The notes beneath the pieces are model-generated. The model was not told the DNA's origin, did no database searches, and saw only the letters and a program-made list of their open reading frames with translations. 64,000 bases of DNA from Acidobacteriota bacterium (lineage in GTDB: Bacteria > Acidobacteriota > Thermoanaerobaculia > Gp7-AA8). Positions within the stretch are counted from its first letter, which is position 1. The number at the start of each line of letters is the position of its first letter. The stretch spans positions 96,001-160,000 of the forward strand of contig JAFATB010000014.1 of the NCBI GenBank assembly GCA_019244185.1, written 5' to 3'. Of this stretch, positions 1-8,951 are shown in pieces. The translations under genes and the position numbers were made by a program.

Positions 1-5
1 GCCGC

Positions 6-2930
6 GTGACCGGCGGCAACGTCGTTCCGATCACGCAGGCGCAGGTGCGCGAGCTCGTGACCGTCGACGACGTCGACGTATCGAAAGTGCCGGCGTCGGA
101 CGCGGTGGAGCTCACGCTCGGCGACATCTTTCGCAATTGGGAAGCGCGCAACGGCGAGGAGAAGGCCGAGCTCGCGGCGCTGCTCGTCGAGGACGGGCGC
201 GTGCGGCGTCCAGTGCTCGTCTCCGGTGACAAGGGCGACCGTCCGCGCGAATGGCTGAAGCGCTGGCTGCTGCTCGCGAACCTGCTCGTCGAGAACAAGC
301 TGACGGTCGAACCGAAATCGCTGCCGTTCACGACGGGAAAGATTCTCTCGTTTCGCGGCATCCCGATCGGCGAGCTCTCGCGCGAGTTCGTCTGCCTGCC
401 GCTCGTCAACGGCTACTGGAACGACGAGGCGACGATCGGCGCGCTGTGGAATGCGGCGTCGCGGCTCGAGTCGCTCGCGACGTGGTGCCGCAACACGGCC
501 GCGGTCGCGCGCTGCCGAACGGCCGCACTGCCGGCGTGGCTCGACGTGCTGCTCTTCGCGACCTCGCGCTACGCCGGCGTGACCAAGCAGTTCACGTCGC
601 AGAGCGTGACTGTGCGCTGGCCCGGCATCGCGGAGCCGGTCTCGCTGCCGCTGCCGAATGCCGCCGCCGGCAGTGCCGACGCGAAAGACTGCGTAGCCGC
701 GGCGGCGGAGGCGTTCGGCGTGCTCACGCCGCAGCCGTCGCCCGCGGAGATGTCGCCGGCCGTGCGCGCGGTGGTGCAGGAGATCGCGCGCATCGCGCTC
801 CCGGTTCCGCGGCTCGGCGGCGGCGAAACGAAGAGCATCGTCTTCTCGGAGTTGCTGCCGCCGGCGGCGCGCGACTGCCTCTTCGGCGAGATCGTCGTCG
901 ACACCGACGCGCGATGCGCGTGGCGGCTCGAAGCGACCGCGCGCATCGTCACGTCCGTCGCCGGCGAGTTGCTGACGGAGAACGTCGGCTGCTTCCGCAA
1001 CGAGCAGCGGACGGAGTGGCTGACGCCGCTGCGGCGCGAGTACGTCCCGCTGCTCAAGTCGGGCGTCGTTGACGTGCGCAGCGAGGAGCACGGCCAGGAG
1101 CTGCGCGTCAGCGTGAGAGTCCACGACCGCACATTCGTCGAGTCGTACGCGGCGTCGCGCGTGCGTGCGATCAATCCGCTGCTGTTGCATTGGCCGGCGG
1201 CCGTCGCCAGTCCGTCGGCGAGCCTCACGGTGCTTTTCGACGTGCCGGAGCATCGCTACAGCCCGCAGACGGTGTACGCCGTGATGCACGACGCGCAGGC
1301 GAAGGCGTGGACGCTCTCCGCGCCGCTGAGCGAGCGGCACTCGCTGCACTACCTCGCCACCGACGGCAACGTGCCGCACAGCCTCTCGTTCGACCTCGAG
1401 CGTCACGACGTCGGCTTCGTGAAGATCGAGCGCGCGGTGCAGCACCTCGAAGACGCCACGCAGCGCGTCGCCGTCGACTTCGGCACATCGGCAACCGTCG
1501 TCGCGATCGACGGCGCGCAGAAAACGGAAGTGCTCGATCTCCTCGCCGCCGGCGCCGATGCGACCGCCGAGGTGTGGAAGGGGAGCGCGCTGGAAGCGTT
1601 CCAGTGGTACGGGACGCGTCCGGTGGATTCGACGATCCGCGAGAAGCGTCGCGCGCCGAGCGCGCTGGTCTATCTCGGATCGGCGAAAGATGCGCGTCCG
1701 CCGCGGCCGCAGTACGGCGATCACGTCCTGCTCGATCAGGACGACTGGCAGTGGAAGAGCGACGGCACGTCGCTGCTCTTCGACATCAAGTGGACGCGCG
1801 AGCGCGCGTATCGCGAGGCGTTTCTCGTCCACCACCTCGAGCAGTGCATCGCCGCCGCACTCAGCAAAGGCATCGTGCACAGCCGCCGGCTCTCCGTCAT
1901 CTTCACGATGCCGCTGCGGCAGCGCGCCCGCGCGGCGGATTTCGTCGCGGAGATCGAAGGCGTCATCGCGACCTTGCACCGCCGCACCGGACTGCAGCTC
2001 GAGTCGCGGTTCGCGTACGAGTCGGAAGTCATCGCGCCGATCGAAGCGCCGGCGACCGATGTCGACGCGATCGTGATCGCGGACCTCGGCGGCGGAACGC
2101 TCGATTTGTTCGCGAAGCACTTCGGCCGCGGACGCAGGGGCGGCGCGCGCAACGTCGTCTTTGAGAGCGCGCGCATCGGCGGTCACTCGCTCGTCGAATG
2201 GCTGACGCGCGACTTCGGCGGCACCGAGCTCGCGGAGTATCGCCGCAAGCTGCGCATCGGCTCCTTGCCGCAGCTCGACGAAGCGTCGTCGCGCATCGCC
2301 GCGAGTTACTTCGACGTCGTGAAGCGCTTCACCGCGCTCTGGATGGATTCGGTCTGGCGCTACTGGACCGGCGGCGACCAGCCAGGCCGCGTGCACGTGC
2401 AACTCCTCGGCATGGGCTGGTCGCTGCCGGCGTCGCCGGACGAGCAGATGGCGCTGCATCTCACCGACATCGCGCGCGCCCTCGGCTCGCAACTCGCGTA
2501 CAGCCGCTACGAGGATCCGACGCTGCCCGGCAATCCGAAGGAGCTGCTGGCGCGCCGCACGATCCTGCACGGCGGCGCGACGCGCGGCGACTTCGTCGCG
2601 TTCGAACCGGCGGCGGTGAACGGCATCGAAGTCAGCGTCGCGGGCGAAGTCCGCCGCGACGACGAGCCGCTGCGCGGGCTCGGCGCGAACACGCCCGCCG
2701 TCGGCATCACCGCGAACGGACTGCAGCGCATCGCGAAGCTGACCGGCGCGCGCGAGGAGATCGTCGCCGCCGTGCGCGACGGCACGCGCATCGCGCTCAC
2801 CACGCGCTCGACCGGCGTCGACAAACACGACGGCGCCGTGCTCGAAGGCGTGAACGTCTGGGTCGCCAGCCCGCTGGCCATCGCCGCGGAAACGTACACG
2901 CGCCAGGTGCTGCTGCAGGTGCACGCATGA
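6..2930 (+). CDS. Large actin/Hsp70-superfamily ATPase with uncharacterised N-terminal half (974 aa)
   Basis: Phosphate-1 motif VAVDFGTSATVV, connect-1 FAYESE, phosphate-2 IADLGGGTLDL, later IGGHSL and LLGMGW in the C-terminal half. GTG start overlaps a TGA (GTGA at 6-9), suggesting coupling to an upstream off-window gene. Confidence 0.75.
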   Translation: MTGGNVVPITQAQVRELVTVDDVDVSKVPASDAVELTLGDIFRNWEARNGEEKAELAALLVEDGRVRRPVLVSGDKGDRPREWLKRWLLLANLLVENKLTVEPKSLPFTTGKILSFRGIPIGELSREFVCLPLVNGYWNDEATIGALWNAASRLESLATWCRNTAAVARCRTAALPAWLDVLLFATSRYAGVTKQFTSQSVTVRWPGIAEPVSLPLPNAAAGSADAKDCVAAAAEAFGVLTPQPSPAEMSPAVRAVVQEIARIALPVPRLGGGETKSIVFSELLPPAARDCLFGEIVVDTDARCAWRLEATARIVTSVAGELLTENVGCFRNEQRTEWLTPLRREYVPLLKSGVVDVRSEEHGQELRVSVRVHDRTFVESYAASRVRAINPLLLHWPAAVASPSASLTVLFDVPEHRYSPQTVYAVMHDAQAKAWTLSAPLSERHSLHYLATDGNVPHSLSFDLERHDVGFVKIERAVQHLEDATQRVAVDFGTSATVVAIDGAQKTEVLDLLAAGADATAEVWKGSALEAFQWYGTRPVDSTIREKRRAPSALVYLGSAKDARPPRPQYGDHVLLDQDDWQWKSDGTSLLFDIKWTRERAYREAFLVHHLEQCIAAALSKGIVHSRRLSVIFTMPLRQRARAADFVAEIEGVIATLHRRTGLQLESRFAYESEVIAPIEAPATDVDAIVIADLGGGTLDLFAKHFGRGRRGGARNVVFESARIGGHSLVEWLTRDFGGTELAEYRRKLRIGSLPQLDEASSRIAASYFDVVKRFTALWMDSVWRYWTGGDQPGRVHVQLLGMGWSLPASPDEQMALHLTDIARALGSQLAYSRYEDPTLPGNPKELLARRTILHGGATRGDFVAFEPAAVNGIEVSVAGEVRRDDEPLRGLGANTPAVGITANGLQRIAKLTGAREEIVAAVRDGTRIALTTRSTGVDKHDGAVLEGVNVWVASPLAIAAETYTRQVLLQVHA

Positions 2931-3631
2931 ACCAGATGCCGGTGATCCTCGCGCTCGCGGTTCTCGCGCTGACGATCGTGCTCACCGCGCTCGCGCTGAC
3001 GATGCGCCTGCGCGCGCTCGAGAAAAGCGTCCACGCGGCGCAGGACCGCGGCCGCGCGTCGAAGGACAAAGACACGCGGCGCGAAGAGCTGGCGCAGCTG
3101 AAGAGCGAGCTGCAGAAGAGCATCGAGTCGCTGCGCTCGACGATCGTGAATGTGCCGGTGGAAGTGGTGCGTCGGCTGCCGCGGCAAAACTTCGATGCAG
3201 CTCCGCCGCGCGCGATGAATCCGCCGCCGGCATCGCGCAGCGTGTTCCGCGATGAGCGCCAAGCCGAGCATTACGCTGAGTCAGTCTCCGCGGAAGACGG
3301 AGCCGCGCAGCTGCTTGCGCTCGCGAACCGCATCGTGCAGCAGAACTCCACCACGCTCGACGCCGTGCGCGCGAGCACCGACGCTCTCGCCGCGCACGTC
3401 ACCGTCTGGCCGCCGTCGGGGGAAGGCACTCCGATCGCGTTCATCGTCGAGCATCGCGGCACGTGGTACGCGGTCCCGAACGTCGTCAAGCCGGCGCGGC
3501 TGCCGAACGACTGGTTCAACCGCGCCGACTTCGGCGTGAACGACGAGATCCGCCGCGTCGAATCGCTGCCGCGCCTCACGCGCCGCGGCGACGACTTCGA
3601 AGTGCAGCACGCCGGAGTGTTCTCGCGATGA
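2927..3631 (+). CDS. Membrane-anchored coiled-coil protein with small C-terminal beta domain (234 aa)
   Basis: ATGA overlap with the previous stop. N-terminal hydrophobic helix PVILALAVLALTIVLTALAL, heptad segment EELAQLKSELQKSIESL, Pro-rich linker, C-terminal globular segment. Confidence 0.75.
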   Translation: MNQMPVILALAVLALTIVLTALALTMRLRALEKSVHAAQDRGRASKDKDTRREELAQLKSELQKSIESLRSTIVNVPVEVVRRLPRQNFDAAPPRAMNPPPASRSVFRDERQAEHYAESVSAEDGAAQLLALANRIVQQNSTTLDAVRASTDALAAHVTVWPPSGEGTPIAFIVEHRGTWYAVPNVVKPARLPNDWFNRADFGVNDEIRRVESLPRLTRRGDDFEVQHAGVFSR

Positions 3632-5013
3632 CGGTGCTCTCGCTGCAGGCTCCTCGGCCTCCGGCGCGGCGGCTCTTCTGGGAGCCGTGGCTCGCCGTCG
3701 TCGTCGCGGCGGCGCTGTACCTGCGCGTCGCGGCCGGCCAGTGGGGCGGGCTCGCCGCGCTCGCATGCGAGCTCGCGCTCGCGGTGATCCTGCGCGCGCA
3801 GCTGTTGCGGCGCGCGGACGAAGAGGCGGAGCTGACGGAGCGCCTCGCATCGCGCGACCTCTCGATCACCGACGTCGATCGCCTGATCGGCAGCACCGCG
3901 GAGCGTGTGCAGGGGATGTTCGCCACCGCGTCGAGCGCCGTGCTGGCCACGGGGATGGCGGCGTCCGCGTTTCTGCTGCTGTTCTACGCGAGCGCCGGAA
4001 CGACCGGCGGCGGCATCGTGTCGGTCGCGCCGAAGGCGTTCGTCGCGACCGGCTACGCGATCCTCTGCGCGCTGGCGCTGACGCGCGACGCGCATCACCT
4101 GAACGCGACGATCTTCGAGCCGCTGCGGCGGAAGAAACTCGACGACGCGAATCGCGAGCCGACGCCGGCGACGCGATCCGCGGTCGCGCCGGAGTCGCGG
4201 ACGTCGCGCGTCGAGGAGCTCATCGAACAGCTCGTCTCGATGCAGATCAGCCAGCTGCAGGCGCTCCACGAAGCGAATCAGCAGCTCGCCGCCGCCGCGT
4301 CGGAACGCGTCGACGAAGAGTCGGGCGCGGTGCGCGTGAAGCTCGCGAAGGGACTCACCGATTTCCGCAAATCGGTCGAGCAGCTGAACGAGATCGTGCA
4401 GTCGCTCAACGCGCGTTTCGACGCACTCACGCACGAGGACGCGGCGCTCTTCGAGCAGCACCGGCGCGAGCTCGTGAGCGAGATCGTGCGGTTACCGCAG
4501 CAGGTCATCGACCGCACCGCGGGACTCATCGCCACGTCGGTGACGCGGGTCGAGGAGCAGTTCCGCGCGACGCTGCAGACGATTCACGACGACGAGATCC
4601 GCCGCGCGCGCGATCTGCTGGCCGGCGAATTCCGCACGCTGCGCGATCAATTCGAGCTCACGGAGCATTCCGTCTCCGCGATCAGCACGCGCTTCAACGA
4701 CGTCGTCTCCTCGCTCGACGCGCTCGCCTCCGCGTTCGACCGCGGCGCGAAGTCGGTTGTCGGCAGCGCCGCGGAGTTCACGCGCGAGGCGGAGTCGCTC
4801 GTCGCGTCCGTCACCACGGCGTTGGGCCGGCTGGGCGACGCGGACGAGACGAACGCGTCGCTGCTCACGCCGCTCACCGAAGCCGCGACCGCGGTGCGCA
4901 AAGCGTCGTCGCTCGTCGCCACCGACATGCGCAAGGTCGCCGCGGAACGCGAGCGCCTCGGCCGCGTGCGGCTGAAGCTCCTCGAGCTGCTGCCGAACGG
5001 GCAGGAGAACTGA
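3628..5013 (+). CDS. ZorA-like / MotA-TolQ-ExbB-type membrane protein with long alpha-helical tail (461 aa)
   Basis: ATGA overlap. N-terminal hydrophobic helices, then a TM pair (SAVLATGMAASAFLLLF; GIVSVAPKAFVATGYAILCALAL) followed by about 290 aa of amphipathic helical sequence. Lies directly upstream of a MotB/ZorB-like gene. Confidence 0.65.
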   Translation: MTVLSLQAPRPPARRLFWEPWLAVVVAAALYLRVAAGQWGGLAALACELALAVILRAQLLRRADEEAELTERLASRDLSITDVDRLIGSTAERVQGMFATASSAVLATGMAASAFLLLFYASAGTTGGGIVSVAPKAFVATGYAILCALALTRDAHHLNATIFEPLRRKKLDDANREPTPATRSAVAPESRTSRVEELIEQLVSMQISQLQALHEANQQLAAAASERVDEESGAVRVKLAKGLTDFRKSVEQLNEIVQSLNARFDALTHEDAALFEQHRRELVSEIVRLPQQVIDRTAGLIATSVTRVEEQFRATLQTIHDDEIRRARDLLAGEFRTLRDQFELTEHSVSAISTRFNDVVSSLDALASAFDRGAKSVVGSAAEFTREAESLVASVTTALGRLGDADETNASLLTPLTEAATAVRKASSLVATDMRKVAAERERLGRVRLKLLELLPNGQEN

Positions 5014-5015
5014 CG

Positions 5016-5741
5016 ATGTTCGGGCGCGGCGTCAACTACTGGATCTCGTGGGCCGACCTCACGTTCATGCTCTTCATCGGCGGACTCGCGGCCGTCGCGT
5101 TCAGCGACGAGCAGCGGACGGCGGCGCAACAGGAACTCGCGGCCGCGAAGGGTGCGCTCGCGGAAGCGCGCGGCGAGCTCGACGTCCTCCGCAGCCACAG
5201 CAATCCGTGCGCGGATGCGAGTCCGTTCCTGGCCGGCTTCTCGAGCTGCGTCGCGCGGGCGACCGGCCGCAGACAGGTGCCGGGCAGCGGCTGCTTCGTG
5301 ACCGTCGGCGAAGACGTGATCCGCTTCGAGAAGGGGAAGGCCGTGCCGCTCGACGCGTCGTCCGCCGACGCCGTGGCCGGCTGCCTCTACACGAACGCGC
5401 TGCGGTTCGCGGCGGCGGATCCGCGCTCCTTCAACGCGATCACGATTCACGTCGACGGACATACCGACTGCGTCGGCACGCGCGCGGGAAACGAGAAGCT
5501 CGGCGCGGACCGCGCGTTCAGCGTGTACGCGCGCCTCCTCGAACGCGCGGAGAGCGATCCGGTCTGGCTATCGCCGAAGCAGCGGCGCGCGTTCCTCGGA
5601 CGCATCGCCGTGCGCTCGTTCGGCGACACGCGTCCCGTCGAAGGCTCACGGTGCATCGCGCCGTTCGGCTGGGAAGGCGATCGCCGCGTCGTCGTCTCCG
5701 TGCAGCTCGCGACCGAAGGCGCCGCGGGGAGGCGCGGGTGA
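5016..5741 (+). CDS. ZorB-like / MotB-type protein with OmpA-like peptidoglycan-binding domain (241 aa)
   Basis: N-terminal YWISWADL-TM motif with the conserved ion-binding Asp of MotB/ZorB. OmpA_C motif VDGHTD...NEKLGADRA and DRRVVV. Six Cys. RBS AGGAG upstream. Confidence 0.85.
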   Translation: MFGRGVNYWISWADLTFMLFIGGLAAVAFSDEQRTAAQQELAAAKGALAEARGELDVLRSHSNPCADASPFLAGFSSCVARATGRRQVPGSGCFVTVGEDVIRFEKGKAVPLDASSADAVAGCLYTNALRFAAADPRSFNAITIHVDGHTDCVGTRAGNEKLGADRAFSVYARLLERAESDPVWLSPKQRRAFLGRIAVRSFGDTRPVEGSRCIAPFGWEGDRRVVVSVQLATEGAAGRRG

Positions 5742-5917
5742 TCTCGACGATCGTGATGGTCGCCGTCGTCGTGCTGCTCGCGTTCACGCTCGCCGCGGCG
5801 CGGCGTTCGTGGCAGCGGCAGCTCGAACTGGAACGCGCAAACGAGACGATGCAGCGCGAGCTACAGCGCCACCGCGACACCGTGCATTCGATTCTTCGGG
5901 AGTTGCAGAATCCATGA
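5738..5917 (+). CDS. Small single-TM coiled-coil protein (59 aa)
   Basis: GTGA overlap with the upstream stop and ATGA overlap with the next start. MISTIVMVAVVVLLAFTLAAA then a charged heptad segment. Confidence 0.65.
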   Translation: MISTIVMVAVVVLLAFTLAAARRSWQRQLELERANETMQRELQRHRDTVHSILRELQNP

Positions 5918-7131
5918 GAAAGCCTGCGTTGCTGCTCGCGGTCTGGTTCGTCGTGACGGCGTGCGGTGGAGGTGAAGAACGCGCCGTCACCGTCGAATGC
6001 CGGCCGTCCGTGAGCGTCGTCATTCCGGCCGCGGGCAACGCGCGACGCAAGGCGGAGGCGGCGCAGGCGCGCGAAGTCGTGCAGGTGTACTGGGACGTCT
6101 CACGATCGATGCGCGATTTCGCGGTCGCGCGCAAGCATGGCGGCGGCGCGGAAGCGACCGACGATCTCACGCCGGTAGTCGAAGCGCTCGACAGCGGTGT
6201 CTTGCTTTCCGCGCATGCGGAGGCGGTCGAACAGTACGGCGTCGGCGAATCGATCGCGCGGCTGGCCACCGCGCGCGCGGCGCTGCATCCCACCGCGAAC
6301 CGCACCGCGCTGCATCTCGCCGCGGAGCAACTCGGCGACGCGCTCGCAACCGGCCGCGCGCAAGCCGCGATCGTCGTCTCCGACATGGAGCTCGATACGC
6401 CGCCGCGCGCGTCGACCGACGCCACGGTCTGCGGCGGCGTGCCGCTGCCGAGCACGCCGCTGGCGGGCTCGCTGTTCGGCCGCTGCTTCGAGAACGCGGT
6501 GCTCGCCGTCGACGCGCCGAGCGCCATGCGCGCGCGCCTGCTCGCGCACGTCTTCCGCAAGGCCTCGCACGGACGCGAGCTGTTCATCCTCCTGCTGGCG
6601 ACGGACCACGCGTTCGGCCAGCACATCTCCGAACAGATCGTGAGCCGTCTCGACTTCGAGCGGCAGGTCATCTTCGATGCGAACGCGGTGGCGGCGTCGA
6701 ACGTCCGCGGCTGCCGCTTCACGATCCCCGAGTCGCGCGTGCGTCCGCGCGATCTGCCGCGGTGCGGCGCGAAGTGCTTCGATCGCGACGCATCCATCGA
6801 AACCGAATGCGATCTGCGCCGTCCGGCGAACGATGCTTGGATCGAGCCCGCGGGACGCGGCTCGACCGGCACCTCGTACGAGTCGCTGCAGAAACGGGCA
6901 GGCGACCGCGAGGAGCCGGCGCGCATGCGATTCACGATTCCGTGCAGTACGCCGCCTGGGCGATTCGACGCGTCCGTCTCGTTCACATGGCGCCGGCGTT
7001 TAGCGCGCAACGCAGCCGAGCCGTTCGCGCAAAAGGAAAGTGTGCGCGATCTCTTCGACAGTCTCTCCGACGCGATCGTGCGCGTCGTCGCGCCGCGCAC
7101 GCTGCGCGTCAGCGTGAATCTCCACCAATGA
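5914..7131 (+). CDS. vWA (MIDAS)-domain lipoprotein (405 aa)
   Basis: Lipoprotein signal MRKPALLLAVWFVVTAC. MIDAS DxSxS (WDVSRSM), T (NRTAL) and D (VVSDME). Cys-rich C-terminal region. Confidence 0.75.
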   Translation: MRKPALLLAVWFVVTACGGGEERAVTVECRPSVSVVIPAAGNARRKAEAAQAREVVQVYWDVSRSMRDFAVARKHGGGAEATDDLTPVVEALDSGVLLSAHAEAVEQYGVGESIARLATARAALHPTANRTALHLAAEQLGDALATGRAQAAIVVSDMELDTPPRASTDATVCGGVPLPSTPLAGSLFGRCFENAVLAVDAPSAMRARLLAHVFRKASHGRELFILLLATDHAFGQHISEQIVSRLDFERQVIFDANAVAASNVRGCRFTIPESRVRPRDLPRCGAKCFDRDASIETECDLRRPANDAWIEPAGRGSTGTSYESLQKRAGDREEPARMRFTIPCSTPPGRFDASVSFTWRRRLARNAAEPFAQKESVRDLFDSLSDAIVRVVAPRTLRVSVNLHQ

Positions 7132-7244
7132 ATGACGCTCCCACGCCGGCGACCGACGGCCTGCTCAGCTGCGCGATCGCCGCGGGCGTGCTCTGTCTGA
7201 CGCTCGTCGTGCTCGCCGTGATCGCGCTCAGCGCGGCGTCGTGA
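7128..7244 (+). CDS. Putative 38-aa membrane microprotein
   Basis: ATGA overlap with the vWA gene stop. MNDAPTPATDGLLSCAIAAGVLCLTLVVLAVIALSAAS is mostly one hydrophobic helix. Confidence 0.45.
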   Translation: MNDAPTPATDGLLSCAIAAGVLCLTLVVLAVIALSAAS

Positions 7245-7310
7245 ACGCCCCAAGGTAGGGACTCGCCCGCTTCCCGACTCTCCATGGTTGTGGAACGTAA
7301 AGGAGACGTG

Positions 7311-8852
7311 ATGAGTCGACGTGTAATCCGAGGTTTGGCCGCGCTCGTTTTCCTCGTTGGGGCTCTTTCCTGCAAGCAAGAGACGCCGTCGCCGGCGGTC
7401 GACAAGGCGCCGCCGCCCGCGCCGAAGCCGGCGGTGGTGACGACGGTGAATCTGCCGCCGAACTCGTGGCAGGTGCCGGTCGACGTCAGTCCCACCCCGC
7501 CGCCCAATCCGCCGCAGAACAACTACCTCAACCTCGGCTGGCAGACCTTCGTCGCGCTCAACTGGCCGGCGCTCTCGCCGTCGTCAGGCGGACAGAACGC
7601 GCAGCCGGACACGAACTCCGTCATCGGCGCGGTGGCACCGAACGGCGCGATCGTGCCGACGGTGTGGAACACGTACCGCGATCTCAGCACGATCATGCTC
7701 GATCAGGGCGCCGATCCGGGATCGACGTACACGCAGCAGGTTTCGATCCCGTCCGCGTGCGCGGCGATCACGCCGGCCAATCCGGTCGCGCCGGGCTTCC
7801 AGCCGATGTACATCGACGGCTCGACGTTCCAGACCGCGACGATCGTGCGCGACTACATCAATCAGGCCACCGGCAATCCGCTCGTCGATCAGAAGGGGTG
7901 GTACACGATCACGGACATCCGCGTCGATCCTTCCGAGTACGCGTACATCCAGCAGAACGGCTACTACCTCGGCGCGAATCAGGTCGCGGCGTACAACAAG
8001 TCGGGCCAGTTGCAGCCGTTCCCGAAGAACGGCACCGAGATCACGCCGCCGCTGCCGTCGTACGCGCAGTACGGCGCGCTCGAGGTGAAGGCGACGTGGC
8101 GCGTGCTGAATCCCTCGACCGACTCCGCGATCATCCCGCGCTACTACACGCAGTGGGGTTACTTCATGCAGCCGGACGGCAAGACCTGCCAGGGACCGGC
8201 GCTGTTCGGCCTCATCGGCATGCATATCCTTCGACTCACACCGTCGATGGGCGGCACGTGGTTCTGGGCGAGCTTCCAGCAGGTCGACAACGTCGCCGCA
8301 CCGAACGGCATCGCGCCGACGCTCGCGAAGCTGGGCACGCCGAACGGCAACTGCGGCGGCAACTACAACAAGAAGCCGCCGCAGGTCACCGGCAACATTC
8401 CGTGGAACGGCAACAACACGCCGGACGACATCTGCCAGGTCAAGAACATCCCGAGCGAAGTGCAGCAGGTCAATCAGACGTGGCAGAAGAATCTGAGCGG
8501 CACGGTCTGGCAGTACTACGAGATGGTGCACACGCTCAACCCTTGCCCGTCGGGCGCGAAGGAATGCTACGTCTTCCCGCCGATCAAGGATCAGAACAAC
8601 AAGATCGATCTGAAGATCTTCGGCAACAACGCCATCGAGACGTACTTCCAGACCAGCAACTGCATGACCTGTCACGGCTCGGCGTCGGGCAACGGCGCGC
8701 CGTCGCCGCTGACCGGCACGAACCAGATCTTCACGTTCGTCCTGCTCAACGCGTACATGCCGCAGACGACGCAGACGAACGCGAAGCGCAGCGAGATCAA
8801 GCGGCTGCTCGAGGTGCTGCCGCAGAGCGACGCCGTCGCCATGCATCCGTAG
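7311..8852 (+). CDS. Lipoprotein with a single C-terminal c-type heme motif (513 aa)
   Basis: RBS AAGGAG before ATG 7311. Lipobox GALSC, Pro-rich linker, CxxCH (CMTCH) near the C-terminus. Confidence 0.75.
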   Translation: MSRRVIRGLAALVFLVGALSCKQETPSPAVDKAPPPAPKPAVVTTVNLPPNSWQVPVDVSPTPPPNPPQNNYLNLGWQTFVALNWPALSPSSGGQNAQPDTNSVIGAVAPNGAIVPTVWNTYRDLSTIMLDQGADPGSTYTQQVSIPSACAAITPANPVAPGFQPMYIDGSTFQTATIVRDYINQATGNPLVDQKGWYTITDIRVDPSEYAYIQQNGYYLGANQVAAYNKSGQLQPFPKNGTEITPPLPSYAQYGALEVKATWRVLNPSTDSAIIPRYYTQWGYFMQPDGKTCQGPALFGLIGMHILRLTPSMGGTWFWASFQQVDNVAAPNGIAPTLAKLGTPNGNCGGNYNKKPPQVTGNIPWNGNNTPDDICQVKNIPSEVQQVNQTWQKNLSGTVWQYYEMVHTLNPCPSGAKECYVFPPIKDQNNKIDLKIFGNNAIETYFQTSNCMTCHGSASGNGAPSPLTGTNQIFTFVLLNAYMPQTTQTNAKRSEIKRLLEVLPQSDAVAMHP

Positions 8853-8866
8853 ATCGTTTCAACACG

Positions 8867-8902
8867 AACGCGGCGTCCGGGCGCAAGGCTCGGGCGCCGC
8901 GT
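8867..8902 (+). terminator. GC-rich hairpin after the cytochrome gene (possible terminator)
   Basis: ACGCGGCGTCCGGGC-GCAAG-GCTCGGGCGCCGCGT inverted repeat with G-U pairs; no clear U tract. Confidence 0.4.
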
Positions 8903-8951
8903 CACAGGAACGCTACAAACGCTTCGCCGCGCGTGCGCCTATCGTGAGCGG

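Noticed and set aside
6-2930. dnaK or mreB
   Set aside because: Wrong size and architecture; only the generic actin-fold motifs are shared.
3628-5741. Flagellar motAB, tolQR/exbBD, or a canonical Zorya type
   Set aside because: No flagellar, tol/pal or tonB genes nearby; the long helical tail fits ZorA better; no recognisable ZorC/D/E in the window, so no canonical type or gene symbol was assigned.
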